Of a DNA stretch of 64,000 nt, positions 1 to 12,780 are shown one piece after another; positions within the stretch are counted from its first letter, which is position 1, and each line of letters opens with the position of its first letter. The DNA is from Pristiophorus japonicus. Taxonomy: Eukaryota. Under the pieces are notes generated by a model that saw only the letters and a list, made by a program, of their open reading frames with translations, made no database searches and was not told the origin of the DNA. The stretch is taken from assembly GCF_044704955.1 (NCBI RefSeq), contig NC_091995.1, positions 47,182,001 through 47,246,000 of the forward strand. The letters are read 5' to 3'. The translations under genes and the position numbers were made by a program.

Positions 1-307
1 GCTGTGAAGTGAATGGAAAGGACAATCCGGCAGCATGTATAAAGGGCGGCCTCGCTGCTACTGTCTATTTACACCCAACCCACATTGAATTTCAACTCCA
101 GTATTACCAATATCATTCATTGGGGTTAATGTCTCCTTCCAGAGATGGTGTAAAATGGTCGATTTCCTATTATTTTCCCATGATACACTTCGCCTGATGT
201 TCCTTTCTATTGAAGGTATAATAGACCGATATCCCTGATTTTACACTCTTCCCCCAAGTTTAAATGAACCAATCGTTTGCTGCATTCATTAAAATGAATC
301 CACTCAC

Positions 308-568
308 TTGATGTTTGGTTGTTCTGCCGCAGCCATCCATCAACCTGCCCCTTGATGAGACCATGGAAACCCGCTTGAGTGATTGTGTATTTGTCCCAAT
401 AACTCTTGTCAAATGCTTCCGCCATCCATCGCTGTCTTGGAACAGTTGTTTTCATATTTTTGTCGTAATAAGTTGTCTCACAGCCATCTAGAAGCTCCAT
501 AAAAATATACTCCGGGAGATCAGCACTCCCATGGTTCAGGGTGTAGTAATATAGCAGAGAGTGAGACT
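308..568 (-). CDS. MHC class I-like heavy chain, exon 2 (alpha-1 domain), probably non-classical
   Basis: Minus strand reads acceptor ...tatatcctag|AG TCT CAC TCT CTG and donor ACA TCA A|gtgagt. The exon is 261 bp, phase 1-1, with no stops: (E)SHSLLYYYTLNHGSADLPEYIFMELLDGCETTYYDKNMKTTVPRQRWMAEAFDKSYWDKYTITQAGFHGLIKGQVDGWLRQNNQTS. It has class I alpha-1 hallmarks: SHSLxY start, PE, D29, YD, PRxxWM, YWD and the terminal NQT glycosylation site. Confidence 0.93.
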
Positions 569-810
569 CTAGGATATAATTTAAAAATCACCATCTTTGG
601 CATATCAAATATTAGAAATGTCAGTTTGCTGAAAACTTGGCAAATAATAAGTTATTGGCAAAAATGCAAGACCACTGGCTACATTGCCATAATGCCCATG
701 TTAAACCATTGAAGAGAAGGCAAAATTAGCCTCATTAGCAAATCATACCCATTTACAAGAATACTCCCATTTTCAAAAAAAAGAGAAAAAAGTGATGGTT
801 CGAATAAATT

Positions 811-3745
811 ACATAGAAACAAAGAAACATAGAAAATAGGTGCAGGAGTCGGCCATTCTGCCCTTCGAGCCTGCACCACCATTCAATAAGATTATGGCTG
901 ATCATGCACCTCAGTACCTCTTTCCTGCTGTCTCTCCATACCCCTTGATCCCATATCTAACTCCCTCTTGAATATATCTAACGAACTGGACTCAACAACT
1001 TTCTGCGGTCGAGAATTCCACAGGTTAACAACTCTGAGTGAAGCAATTTCTCCTCATCTCTGTCCTAAATGGTCTACCCCTTATCCTTAGATTGTGACCC
1101 CTGGTTCTTGACTTCCCCAGTACCGGGAACATTCTTCCTGCCTCTAACCTGTCCAATCCTGTCAGAATTTTATGTTTTTATGAGATCCCCTCTCATTCTT
1201 CAAAACTCCAATGATTATAGGCCCAGTCGCTCCAGTCTCTTCTCACATGTCAGGCCTGCCACCATGGAAATCAGTCTGGTGAACCTTCGCTGCACTCCCT
1301 CAATAGCAAGAACGTCCTTCCTCAGATTAGGAGACCAAAACTGAACACAATATTTCAGGTGAGGCCTCACCAAGGCCTTGTACAACTGCAGCAAGACCTC
1401 CCTGCTCCTATACTCAAATCCCCTAGCTATGAAGGCCAACATGCCATTTGTCTTCTTCACTGCCTGCTGTACCTGTATGCCAACTTTCAATGACTGATGT
1501 ACCATGACACCCAGATCTCATTGCAGCTCCCCTTTTCCTAATCTGTCGCCATTCAGATAATATTCTGTCTTCCTGTTTTTGCCACCAAAGTGGATAACCT
1601 CCCATTTATCCACATTAAACTGCATCTGCCATGCATTTGCCCACTCATCTAATCTGTCCAAGTCACCCTGCAGCCTCTTAGTATCCTCCTCACAGCTCAC
1701 ACCGTCACCCAGCTTGGTATCATCTGCAAACTTGGAGATATTACATTCAATTCTTTAATCTAAATCATTGGCGTATATTGTAAATAGCTGGAGTCCCAGC
1801 ACTGAAACCTGTGACACCCCACTAGTCATTGCCTGCCATTCTGAAAAGGAGCCATTTATCCCGACTCTCTGCCTACTGTCTGCCAACCAATTCTCTATCC
1901 ATGTCATAACATTACCTCCAATACTATGTACTTTAATTTTGCACACTAATCTCTTGTGTGGGACTTTGTCAAAAGCCTTTTGAAAGTCCAAATACACCAC
2001 ATCCACTGGTTCTCCCTTGTCCACTCTATTAGTTGCATCCTCAAAAAATTCTAGAAGATTTGTCAAGCATGATTTCCCTTTCATAAATCAATGCTGACTT
2101 GGACCGATCCTGTCACTGCTTTCCAAATGCGCTGCTATTTCATCTTTAATAATTGATTCCAACATTTTCCCCACTACCGATGTCAGGCTAACTGGTCTAT
2201 AATTCCCCGTTTACTTTCTCCCTCCTTTTTAAAAAAGTGGTGTTATATTAGCTACCCTCCGGTCCATAGGAACTAATGCAGAGTTGATAGACTGTTGGAA
2301 AATGATTACCAATGCATCCACTATTTCCAGGGCCACTTCCTTAAGTACTCTGTGATGCAGACTATCAGGCCCTGGCGATTTATCAGCCTTCAATCCCATC
2401 ACGTTCCCCTACGCAATTTCCTGACTAATAAGGATTTCTTTCAATTCCACATTCTCGCTCGACCCTTGGTCCCCTAGTATTTCCAGAAAGGTTATTTGTG
2501 TCTTCCTTCGTGAAGACAGTACCAAAGTATCTATTCAATTGGTCTGTCATTTCTTTGTTCCCCATTATAAATTCACCTGATTCTGACTGCAAGGGTCCCA
2601 CGTTTGTCTTCACTAATCATTTTTTCTTCACATTTCGATAGAAGCTTTTGCAGTCAGTTTTTATGTTCCCAGCTAGCTTCCTCTCCTTCTCTATTTCCCC
2701 CCTCCTAATAAAACCCTTTGTCCTCCTTTGCTGAGTTATAAAATTCTCCAAGTCCTCAGGTTTGCTGCTTTTTCTGGCCAATTTATATGTCTCTTCCTTG
2801 GATTTAAGACTATCCCTAATTTCCCTTGTTAGCCACGGTTGAACCACATTCCCCGTTTTATTTTTACTCCAGACAGGGATTTACAATTGTTGAAGTTCAT
2901 CCATGTGATCTTTAAATGTCTGCCATTGCCTATCCACCATCAACCCTTTAAGTATCATTCACCAATCTATTCTCGCTAATTCACATTTCATACCATCGAA
3001 GTTACCTTTCCTTAAGTTCAGGATCCTAGTCTCTGAATTAACTGTGTCACTTTCCAGCTTAATAAAGAATGCTACCATATTATGGTCACTCTTCCCCAAG
3101 GGGCCTCGCACAACAAGTTTGCTAATTAGTCCTTTCTCATTACACATCACCCAGTCTAGGTTGGCCAGACCTCTAGTTGGTTCCTCGACATATTGGTCTC
3201 GAAAACAATCCCTAATACACTCCAGGAAATCCTCCTCCACCGTATTACTACCAGTTTGGTTAGCCCAATTTATATATAGATTAAAGTCATCCATGATGAC
3301 TGCTGTACCTTTATTGCACGCATCCCTAATTTCTTGTTTGATGCTGTCCCCAACTTCACTACTACTGTTTGGTGGTCTGTACATATCACCCACTAGCATT
3401 TTCTGCCCTTTGCTATTCCACAGCTCTACCCATATAGATTCCACATCATCCAAGCTAATATCCTTCCTTACTATTGCGTTAACTTCCTTTTTAACCAGCA
3501 ACACTACCCCACCTCCTTTTCTTTTCTGTCTATCCTTCTTGAATGTTGAATACCCATGGATGTTGAGTTCCTAGCCTTGATCACCGTGGAGCCATGTCTC
3601 CGTAATCCCAATTATATCACATTCGTTAATAGGTGCCTGCGCAGTTCATTTGTCCACCTTATTGCGAATATTCCTTGCATTGAGGCACAGAGCCTTCAGG
3701 CTTGTCTTTTTAACACACTTTGTCCCTTTAGAATTTTGCTGAATT
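811..3745 (-). mobile_element. CR1-clade LINE (HER1-like), 5'-truncated, decayed ORF2 (APE endonuclease + RT)
   Basis: ORF fragments include YRPPNS, SDHNMV, KSCLTNLLEFFE, YLDFQKAFDKVPH and LVRPHLKYCVQFWSP; (TTTCTATG)n-type tail near 811-840; frameshifts and stops. Confidence 0.95.
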
Positions 3746-4224
3746 CTAGAATTACATCAGCTCATCTGATTTGTAAATTACAACCTTTAAGTAATTAGTC
3801 CTATGTCTGCCCTGTGGCTTCTGTGGTGATTTAGTGAGGACGTGCACCCAGAATTATGGTGCTAAGCCATGCAGAATCCATCCCTTGTGTGTGCCAAGTG
3901 ATCTACTCCCAGTCCGCTGGTATTAGCAGCATTACAGTTGGCCTCAGATTTCCTGAGCCATGCTTCCTATTTCTTGGCTGCTCTACAGTCTCCCCTTCAG
4001 AGAATTGTGCATGTGTGTGGTGAAGACAATCATGGGAAAAGTTGTAGGGAAAATGCGATTACTCGAAGCCCCTACAGAACTTGGAACCCTATCCCGGTGT
4101 TAATAGACACCATCAGGAAGGACAGGTAAAAGTGAGAAAGATGTGCTGTCTATTTTCTACCTGACACAATTAATCAATGAGCATGTTTACATTCCAACTC
4201 GAATATAACCTCAATAACTGAATA

Positions 4225-4535
4225 TCTTGCAACAGTGGCCATTCCTCATCTAGGGTAGTTGTGGTTTGCGCATTATTGGTCTTTAGGGGGAAAAGTCCAG
4301 GAAAACTGTCCACATGCATTCTCCACACACAGGCACTTTCCAGCGAGGGAAATTCTACAATGATCAGCAGTGGATATCCTTGGCTGGTTTTGCTGCAGTG
4401 CCGGAGGCCAGATACGGTGGGGCGAATGGTGACACAAACACAACCGCCCAACTGAACTCATCTCAATCAGCATTGTGCAGGGATGAAACATGGAACCATC
4501 CCCACCTCTGTGGTTCAGCACCACACGCACAATTG
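4225..4535 (-). mobile_element. Degenerate SINE-like interspersed repeat (possible related partial copy ~3810-3960 on +)
   Basis: Resembles, from recall, a common elasmobranch SINE (GTGTGGTGCTGAACCACA...GCTGGAAAGTGC...ATGAGGAATGGCCACT). Not verified. Confidence 0.3.
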
Positions 4536-4967
4536 TGAATGTTTGATGAGCATTTGTTGTTTTCCTTGAAGCTATGATGAGGTAGATTTTCAACTTTCCT
4601 CCCAGGCGTCAAACTGGCAGCCTGTATTAGTCACCAATTCCAGAGACTGTTCCACTTCAAAATACATCACGGCCTGTTTCTACAATGTTGCGCTAATCTG
4701 AAAATCTACACCGTCAGAGATTTTTTGGGGATAAATTCTACTGTCACCGCTGAGCGGAAAGCTCTTAATAGAGGTCCAGCCGCCAATTTTACACCCCATC
4801 CAAGTTCCTTTTCACCAAACTGGGTGGCCGACCTACTACCCCAGCTTTTTCCCTGACGGTAACACTGTAAATTGGTCCATTTTGTCTGATCTGTGAACAC
4901 AGAGATTCGACGTTGGAATTGAGCTGAAGCCGGAGTTTGAAATGAGCGGTAAATGCTTTGTGTGATT

Positions 4968-6327
4968 ATGTTGGCATCCATTATTAAAGAAGTAGTAGCA
5001 GGACATTGGAAAAGCATAATTCAGTCAGGTAGAGTCAGCATGGATTTGTGAAGGGGAAGTCATGTTTGACAAATTTGCTTGAATCCTTTGAGAATGTAAC
5101 CTTCAGGGTGGATAAAGGGGGACCAGTGGATGTGGTGTATTTGGACTTCCAGAAGGCATTTGACAAGGAGCCACATAAAAGATTACTGCAGAAGATAATA
5201 GTTCACGGGATAGGGGGTAATATATTAGCATGGATAGAGGATTGGCTAACAGAAAACAGAGAGTCGGGATATTTGGTTCATTCTTGGGTTGGCAATCAGT
5301 AACTAGTGGGGTGCTGCGTGGATCAGTGCTGGGACCCCAACTATTTACAATCTATATTAACGATGTGGATGAAGGGACCAAGTGTAACGTAGCCAAGTTT
5401 GCTGATGATACAAAGATGGGAGGAAAAGCAATGTGTGAGGAGGACACAAAAAACCTGCAAAAGCACATAGACAGGCTAAGTGAGTGGGAACAAATTTGGC
5501 AAATGGTGTATAATGTTGGAAAGTGTGAGGTTATGCACTTTGGCAGAAAAAAATCGTAGAGCAACTGTAGAAAAATTGCAAAATGCTGCAGTACAGCGGG
5601 ACCTGGGTGTCCTGGTGCATGAAACACAAAAGGTTAGTATGCAGTTACTGCCAGTGATCAGGAAGGCCAATGGTATTTTGGCCTTTATTGCAAAGGGGAT
5701 GGAGTATAAAAGCAGGGACGTCTTGCTACAGTTATACGGGGTATTGGTGAGGCCACACCTAGACTACTGTGTACAGTTTTGGTTTCCATATTTATGAAAG
5801 GATATACTTGCTTTGAAGACAGTTTGGAGAAGGTTCACTTAGCTGATTCTGGAGATGAGGTGTTCGTATTATGAGGAAAGGTTGAGTAGTTTGGGCATCT
5901 ACTCATTGGAGTTCAGAAGAATGAAAGATGATCTTATCGAAACGTACAAGATTATGAGGGGGCTTGACAAGGTTGATGCAGAGAGGATGTTTCCACTGAT
6001 AGGGGAGAATAGAACTAGGGGCATAGACTTAGAATAAGGGGCGCCCATTTAAAACTGAGATAAGGAGGAAATTCTTCCCTCAGAGGGTTGTAAATCTGTG
6101 GAATTCGCTGCCTCAGAGAGCTGTGGAAGCTAGGTCATTGAATAAATTTAAGACAGAGATAGACAGTTTCTTAAACGATAAGGGAATAAGGGCTTTTGGA
6201 GAGCGGGCAGGGAAGTGGACCTGAGTCCATGATCGAATCAGCCATAATCGTATTAAATGGCGGAGCAGGCTTGAGCAGCCGTATGGCCTATGCCTGCTCC
6301 TGTTTCTTATGTTCTTATGTTCTTATT
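4968..6327 (+). mobile_element. CR1 LINE 3' portion (RT), (TTCTTATG)n-tailed subfamily
   Basis: RT fragments 5048-6037 including FADD; tail ttcttatgttcttatgttcttat. Confidence 0.95.
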
Positions 6328-6731
6328 ATCCTTTCCACTGAAGTCAAAGAAGAGTAAAATCAGACTTGTTGTTCAATGAGCGACCAGTCCACTTGCATTC
6401 GCTTCACAGCCCCACCAAAGTTCATTTGTCCGCATAGACTATTTTTACCATCAAAGATTGCTGCAGCATGGAATACCCTATTCAGATATGGGGTGGATGT
6501 AGTCCAGAAAATAGGTTTGAATAGGGAGGCGGAAATATATAGGGAAAAAAGGGAGTGGTCTGGGACTCACTGCCGGACTCCTGTCCCTACAGCTAGGAGA
6601 GAACTCAGAGTGGCAGCTGGTAACTCATATGTCATTTCAATGTCTTTGTTTTCAGTGTGTGGAACCAGGAGAACGAGCAGCTGAGATGCAATTCTAGTTC
6701 TGTTTGGATTACAAGATATAACGACACGCTT

Positions 6732-9700
6732 TCAGTTGCTACGGGTGATGGGTTCTGCTTTGTGGTCAACCGCTGGGTCGGTTGCCACTGGTGTGTGTGT
6801 TGGACGGTCACAAAAGGTGAAGTCTATTGTGGGTTGCTCTGGATAGTCTGTGAATCTGAGTTTAGTTTGGTCCAAGTGTATTCTATAGGTGAGTCCATTT
6901 GAAAGTTTGACTAGAAACACCCTACTCCCCTCTTTGGCCATGACAGTGCCGGGAAGCCACTTGGGACCTTGTCCATAGTTCAGCACAAATACAGGATCAT
7001 TAATCTCGATTTCGCGTGACACATTTGTGCGATCATGATATGTATTCTGTTGAAACCGCCTGCTCTCTACCTGTTCATGTAGATCAGGGTGGACTAACGA
7101 GAGCCTTGTCTTAAGTGACCTTTTCATGAGCAGTTCAGCGGTGGGGGGGGGAACCCCAGTGAGCGAGTGAGGTCTTGTGCCGTAACTAAGCAGGACTCAG
7201 GATAGGCGAGTCTGCAGTGAGCCTTCAGTTACCCTCTTCAAGCTCTGCTTGATTGTTTGCCCTGCTCCCTCTGCCTGACCATTGGACGCTGGTTTAAACG
7301 GGACAGATGAGACATGTTTGATCCCGTTGCGGGTCATGAACTCTTTGAATTCGGCACTGGTGAAGCACGGCCGATTGTCACTTAGAAGGACGTCAGGCAG
7401 GCCGTGCATGACAAACATGGCCCGCAGGCGTTCAATAGTGGCAGCGGACGTGCTTGTCGACATTATCTCACATTCAATCCATTTCGAGTATGCATCTACA
7501 ACCATTAGGAACATTTTTCCCAAGAACGGGCCTGCATAGTCGAAATGGACCAAGACCACGATTTGGAGGGCCAAGACCATAAAATTAATGGCGCCTCCCT
7601 GGGTACATTGCTTAACTGAGAACATGTGTTACAGTTGTGCATGCAGGACTCTATGTCGGCATCAATACTGGGCCACCACACATGGGATCTGGCTATTGCT
7701 TTCATCATTACAATGCCTGGGTGGGTACTGTGAAGATCACTAATGAAAGTCTCCCTGCCCTTTCTTGATACCATTACTCAATTACCCCACAGAAGGCAGA
7801 CTGCCTGTATACACATTTCATCTTTGCACTGCTGGTATGGCTTTATTTCTTCCTGCATTTCTAACGGGACACTGGACCAACTCCCGTGGAGCACAGAGTT
7901 TTTTTACTAAAGACAGTAAGGGGTCCTGGCTCATCCAGGTTCTAATCTGTTGGGCGGTAACAGGTGATTGCTCACTCTCGAATGCTTCCATTACCATAAC
8001 TAAATCTGTGGGCTGTGCCATCTCCACCCCTATGGTGGGCAATGGCAGCCTACTGAGAGCATCGGCACAGTTTTCTGTGCCTAGTCTGTGGCGGATGGCA
8101 TAGTTGTATGTGGACAACGTGAGCGCCCATCTCTGGATGTGGGCCGCTGCATTCGTATTTATCCCCTTAGCCTTCTTTTCTGAAAGTATCAATGGCTTAT
8201 GGTCGGTTTCCAATTCAAATTTGAGCCCAAACAGATATTGATGCATTTTCTTTACCCCATAAACACACACTAACACTTATTTTTCGATCATGCTGCAGGC
8301 CCTCTCAGCCTTGGACAGACTTCTGGATGCATAAACAACCGGTTGCAATTTCCCAGATTCATTAGCTTGTGGCAATACACACCCGACACCATATGACAAC
8401 GCATCACATGCTAGTACCAAGTGCTTACATGGATCATACAACACAAGCAATTTGTTTGAGCATAACGGTTTTCTAGCTTTTACAAAGGCGTTTTCTTGGC
8501 TTTTGCACCATAGCCATTCATCTCCTTTGTGCAGTAAAGAGTGCAGTGGTTCTAACAGTGTGCTAAGACCCGGTAAGAAGTTATCAAAGCAGTTCAGGAG
8601 TCCTAGAAACGACCGCAGCTCCATCACGTTCTGTGGTCTCGGTGTTTTCTCGATTGCCTCCATCTTCGAATCGGTTGGCCTGATGCCGTCCGCCGCGATT
8701 CTTCACCCCAGGAACTCCATTTCAGGCACCAGGAAAACGCACTTCAAGCATTTTAACCTGAGCCCTACGTGATTAAGCCAACTAAGAACTTGCTCCAGAT
8801 TCTGCAGATGCTCGACGGTGTCCCGACCTGTAACCAAGATATCGTCCTGGTGCGTGGGACCAACTTCAGTAAGCTTTCCATATTTCTCTGATCAAATCCC
8901 AAACGGGCATCTGTTGTAGATGAAGAGACCTTTGTGCATATTGATGCAGGTGAGGCTCGTCGATGATTCCTCCAGCTCCTGCGTCATGTAGGCCAAGGTC
9001 AATTCCAGCTTCATGAACGTTTTTCCTCCCGCCAGCGTCAAAAATAGGCCGTCTGCCTTTGGTATTGGGTATTGATCCTTGAGGGAGAAACAATTGATAG
9101 TTATTTTGTAATTACCACAGAGTCTGATGGTGCCATCTCCCTTGAGGACTGGAACAATTGGACTGGCCCACTCGTTGAATTCGATCGGTGAAATGCTGCC
9201 CTCTCGCTGCAGCTGGTCCAGCTCAATCTCTACCCTCGCTCTCATCATGTATAGTACTGCTCTTGCCTTGTGATGGATGGGTCGCACCCCCGGAATCTGC
9301 ACTTTTGCTCCTTGGAACTTCCCGATGTCTGGTTCGAATAGTGAAGGGAACTTGTTTAAGACCTGGACACACGAAGTATCGTCAGTGGACGAGAGCGCTT
9401 GGACATCGTCCCAGTTCCAGCTTATCTTGCCCGGCCAGCTCCTGCCGAGCAGCATGGGACCATCGCCCGGTACCACCCAGAGAGGTAACTTGTGCACCGC
9501 TCCATCGTAGGAGACCTTTACAGGAGCACTGCTGATTACGGGAATCATTTCCTTTGTGTACGTTCTCAGTTTAGTACGAATGGGAGTCAGGACTAGCCTT
9601 GAGGCCTTGCTGCACCACGATTTATCAAAAGTCTTTTCACTCATAATGGACAGGCTCACACCCATGTCCAGCTCCATTGAGTCTGGGAGTCAATTTAATT

Positions 9701-10881
9701 CAACCTTCAGCATTATTGGGGGACACTTTGTGGTAAATGTGTGCACCCCATATAGCTCTGTCTCCTCGGTCTGAGGCTCTGGTTCATCGTGATCCACCAT
9801 GGATCTGTCCTCCTCTGCAACATGGTGGTTTGTAGGATTGGCAGAGTTTGCAGCTCACCTGCACATATATTGGAGATGTCCCATTGTTCCACAGTCCTTG
9901 CAACTGTATCCTTTGAAGCGGCATGAATGCAAATGATGATCACCCCCGCAGCGCCAACAAGGTATTAATGGCGTTGCATTCACCACCCTTGATGATGGTC
10001 ACAGACATCTGTGGATGTGCAGCTGCAGGCACATGAGGCCTGCCCTGTACATTACGATTTAAAAACAAAATTACTTTGTTCACAGTACTTGTAGTAGCAC
10101 TCGTGTGCTGAGAGATTTGTTTGATATTGTCACTGGTGGCGATGAATGCCTGGGCTATTGCTATGGCTTTGTTCAAAGTTGGGGTCTCTACAGTCAAAAG
10201 TTTGAGAAGTATTACTTCATGGCCAATGCCAAGTACACATAAGTCCGTGAGCATGTGCTCCAAATGTCCTACAAATTCACAATGTCCTGCAATGCGTCTT
10301 AGCTCCGGTGATGTAGCTCACCACTTCCTGGCCTTCAGACCTCTTGTACGTGTAGAACCGGTACCTCGCCATCAGAACGCTTTCCTTTGGGTTTAGATTC
10401 TCCCGGACCAGTGCGCACAAATCATCATATGACTTCTCTGTGGGTTTCGCTGGAGCAAGCAGATTTTTTATAAGGCTCCGCAAACGGTGAGAAGGATCAC
10501 CCTTCGTTTGGCAGCGTTCACTTCTCCTTCCAGCTCGTTGGCCACGAAGTATTGGTCGAGTCGCTCCACAAAGGTTTCCCAATCATCTCCCTCCGAAAAT
10601 TTCTCCAGAATGGCCACTGTTCTCTGCATCATTGCGGTGGGGTTCGTCATCTTTATCTCATCGCCAGTTGATCAGTATTGAATAAAGAGTCTGACCAGAT
10701 ACTGTGAGCTCAAAGTACGGTGTGACCGTAGTCCTTTATCACAGGTCTCCAGACTGCCTCTCCAGCCTGTGAGGACTCCTTATGTACAGGTGCTCCCAAG
10801 GGATTGTGGGATACCTTGGAACTCCCGGGGCTGAGCCCTCTGGTGGTTAAACAAGGCATTTACAGGTTTACATATATAACA
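6732..10881 (-). mobile_element. Ty3/Gypsy LTR retrotransposon, decayed, 5' LTR present, 3' end truncated
   Basis: Order gag (WETFVERL, zinc knuckles), protease (MELDMG), RT (WASPIVPV), RNase H (CDA, ETDHKPL, ADALSRL), integrase (HPG, WWP, DYAGPF, SNGQAE). No 3' LTR seen. Confidence 0.93.
10669..10881 (-). repeat. 5' LTR (TG...CA, ~213 bp) followed by PBS TGGCGATGAG (10666-10657)
   Basis: Minus strand TGTTATAT...GATCA, then after 2 nt TGGCGATGAG, a degenerate match to the tRNA-Ser(GCU)-type PBS TGGCGACGAG, just upstream of gag. Confidence 0.8.
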
Positions 10882-11381
10882 TAAAGAACATCTGGAAATA
10901 AATGTAACCTTCAATGAATGTAGTCTTAAATTTCCACGTGTGAAACCATGCTCCAAACAAGCGTGTTCATTCCAGGAAGACCAAAAGTCGGTGCACTTCC
11001 AGGCCAAGAGTGTGTCCCTGCATCTTAGATTCTCACTCACAACAGAGCATCACTCCCAGCGAATGAGGCTCCTTGCCCCGAATACAGTCAGGGAATGTTT
11101 CTCTTCTGCTGCCCAGTTATGACGTCCCTCTCTCTAAACCCAATACAAATCCTTGCTAGATGCTGCTGCCGTGTTGGTGACCAACAATGGAGCAGTAACA
11201 AGGACACCGAACTACTGACCACTGGGTCATTTTCCACACATTCTGATTTTCAGACAGTCCATCATTTAGGTGGCCAGAGCTGCTGCCAGAAACAGGCAGG
11301 GTCCTAATGAATATCGGCAAAGTGTGAGTCACACTACATTATCAAGATCCCACCAACTTTATTGATCGGACGGGCAGAGTT

Positions 11382-11597
11382 TAGGTTTTCCAACGCTCCA
11401 GAACTATCCTGGAATCTCCAGGAATTAAAGATTAATCTTCTGCATTCACTGCAAGAAACTCGGGAGAAATACAACAATAACATTTGAAAAAGTCGCAATT
11501 ATAAAAGTATTAGAGATGGGGAATAAAGGCAGTGTGACTGGGCTAGAGGTCATGTGATGAAAGCTCCAGGAATGAGGCCAGTCAAGTTGGCAATGCA
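11382..11597. mobile_element. Degenerate MITE-like DNA element with AGGGTTGCCAAC-type termini (hAT-like)
   Basis: Left taggttttccaac and right gttggcaatgca are imperfect inverted termini; no coding capacity. Confidence 0.35.
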
Positions 11598-11775
11598 TCG
11601 GCCTGATTCCAGCGCAAATCCCCATCTACAATTGATGGACATCACTCCATTCCTGCAATCACTATGCCAGTAACTTCCTTCAGAGTCCCGCACCACACAA
11701 ACCCATATCATCCCCTCAGAGGTTCAACCAGCACAGGAGCTCCCCTCGGGCATCCACTCGGTCCGAGGCATTTGC

Positions 11776-12780
11776 TGTAACCCGGACTAAACATGGGGCA
11801 GTCGGTGTATCCTGGACTAAACAAGGGGCAGTCGGTGTATCCCAGACTAAACAAGGGGCAGTCGGTGTATCCCAGACTAAACATGGGGCAGTCGGTGTAT
11901 CCCATACTAAACACGAGGCAGTCGGTGTATCCCATACTAAACACGAGGCAGTCGGTGTATCCTGGACTAAACATGGGGCAGTCGGTGTATCCTGGACTAA
12001 ACAAGGGGCAGTCGGTGTATCCCAGACTAAACAAGGGGCAGTCGGTGTATCCCATACTAAACACGAGGCAGTCGGTGTATCCTGGACTAAACATGGGGCA
12101 GTCGGTGTATCCTGGACTAAACAAGGGGCAGTCGGTGTATCCCAGACTAAACATGGGGCAGTCGGTGTATCCCATACTAAACACGAGGCAGTCGGTGTAT
12201 CCTGGACTAAACATGGGGCAGTCGGTGTATCCTGGACTAAACAAGGGGCAGTCGGTGTATCCCAGACTAAACAAGGGGCAGTCGGTGTATCCCAGACTAA
12301 ACATGGGGCAGTCGGTGTATCCCATACTAAACACGAGGCAGTCGGTGAATCCCGGACTAAACATGGGGCAGTCGGTGTATCCTGGACTAAACAAGGGGCA
12401 GTCGGTGTATCCCGGACTAAACACGGGGCAGTCGGTGAATCCCGGACTAAACAAGGGGCAGTCGGAGTATCCCAGACTAAACATGGGGCAGTCGGTGTAT
12501 CCCAGACTAAACACGAGGCAGTCGGTGTATCCTGGACTAAACACGGGGCAGTCGGTGTATCCTGGACTAAACACGGGGCAATGGTGCATCCGGGATGAAA
12601 CACAGGGCAGTCGATGTAAGCCGGACTAAACAAGGGGCAGTTGGACTATCCCGGACGAAACATGGGACAGTCGCTGTAACCCGGACTAAACACGGGGCAG
12701 TCGGAGTAAGTAACACAGACTAAACACGGGATAGTCAGTACATCCCGCACTAAACACGGGACAGTCAGTGTAAACCTGAG
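11776..12780. repeat. 30-bp tandem repeat (CCCGGACTAAACATGGGGCAGTCGGTGTAT), head of satellite 1
   Basis: Exact 30-bp periodicity 11781-12590 (~27 units), then degenerate units grading into the 34-mer. Confidence 0.97.

Noticed and set aside
1-307. Alpha-2 exon
   Set aside because: No class I alpha-2 motif was found on the minus strand; it must lie outside the window.
207-500. 97-aa ORF as a complete gene
   Set aside because: It starts at an internal Met of the alpha-1 exon and reads through the donor at 307 into intron.
11708-12633. 278-305 aa repetitive ORFs (TDCPxFSxGY etc.) as real proteins
   Set aside because: Open in three frames only because the unit is 30 bp and stop-free in those frames; no coding context.
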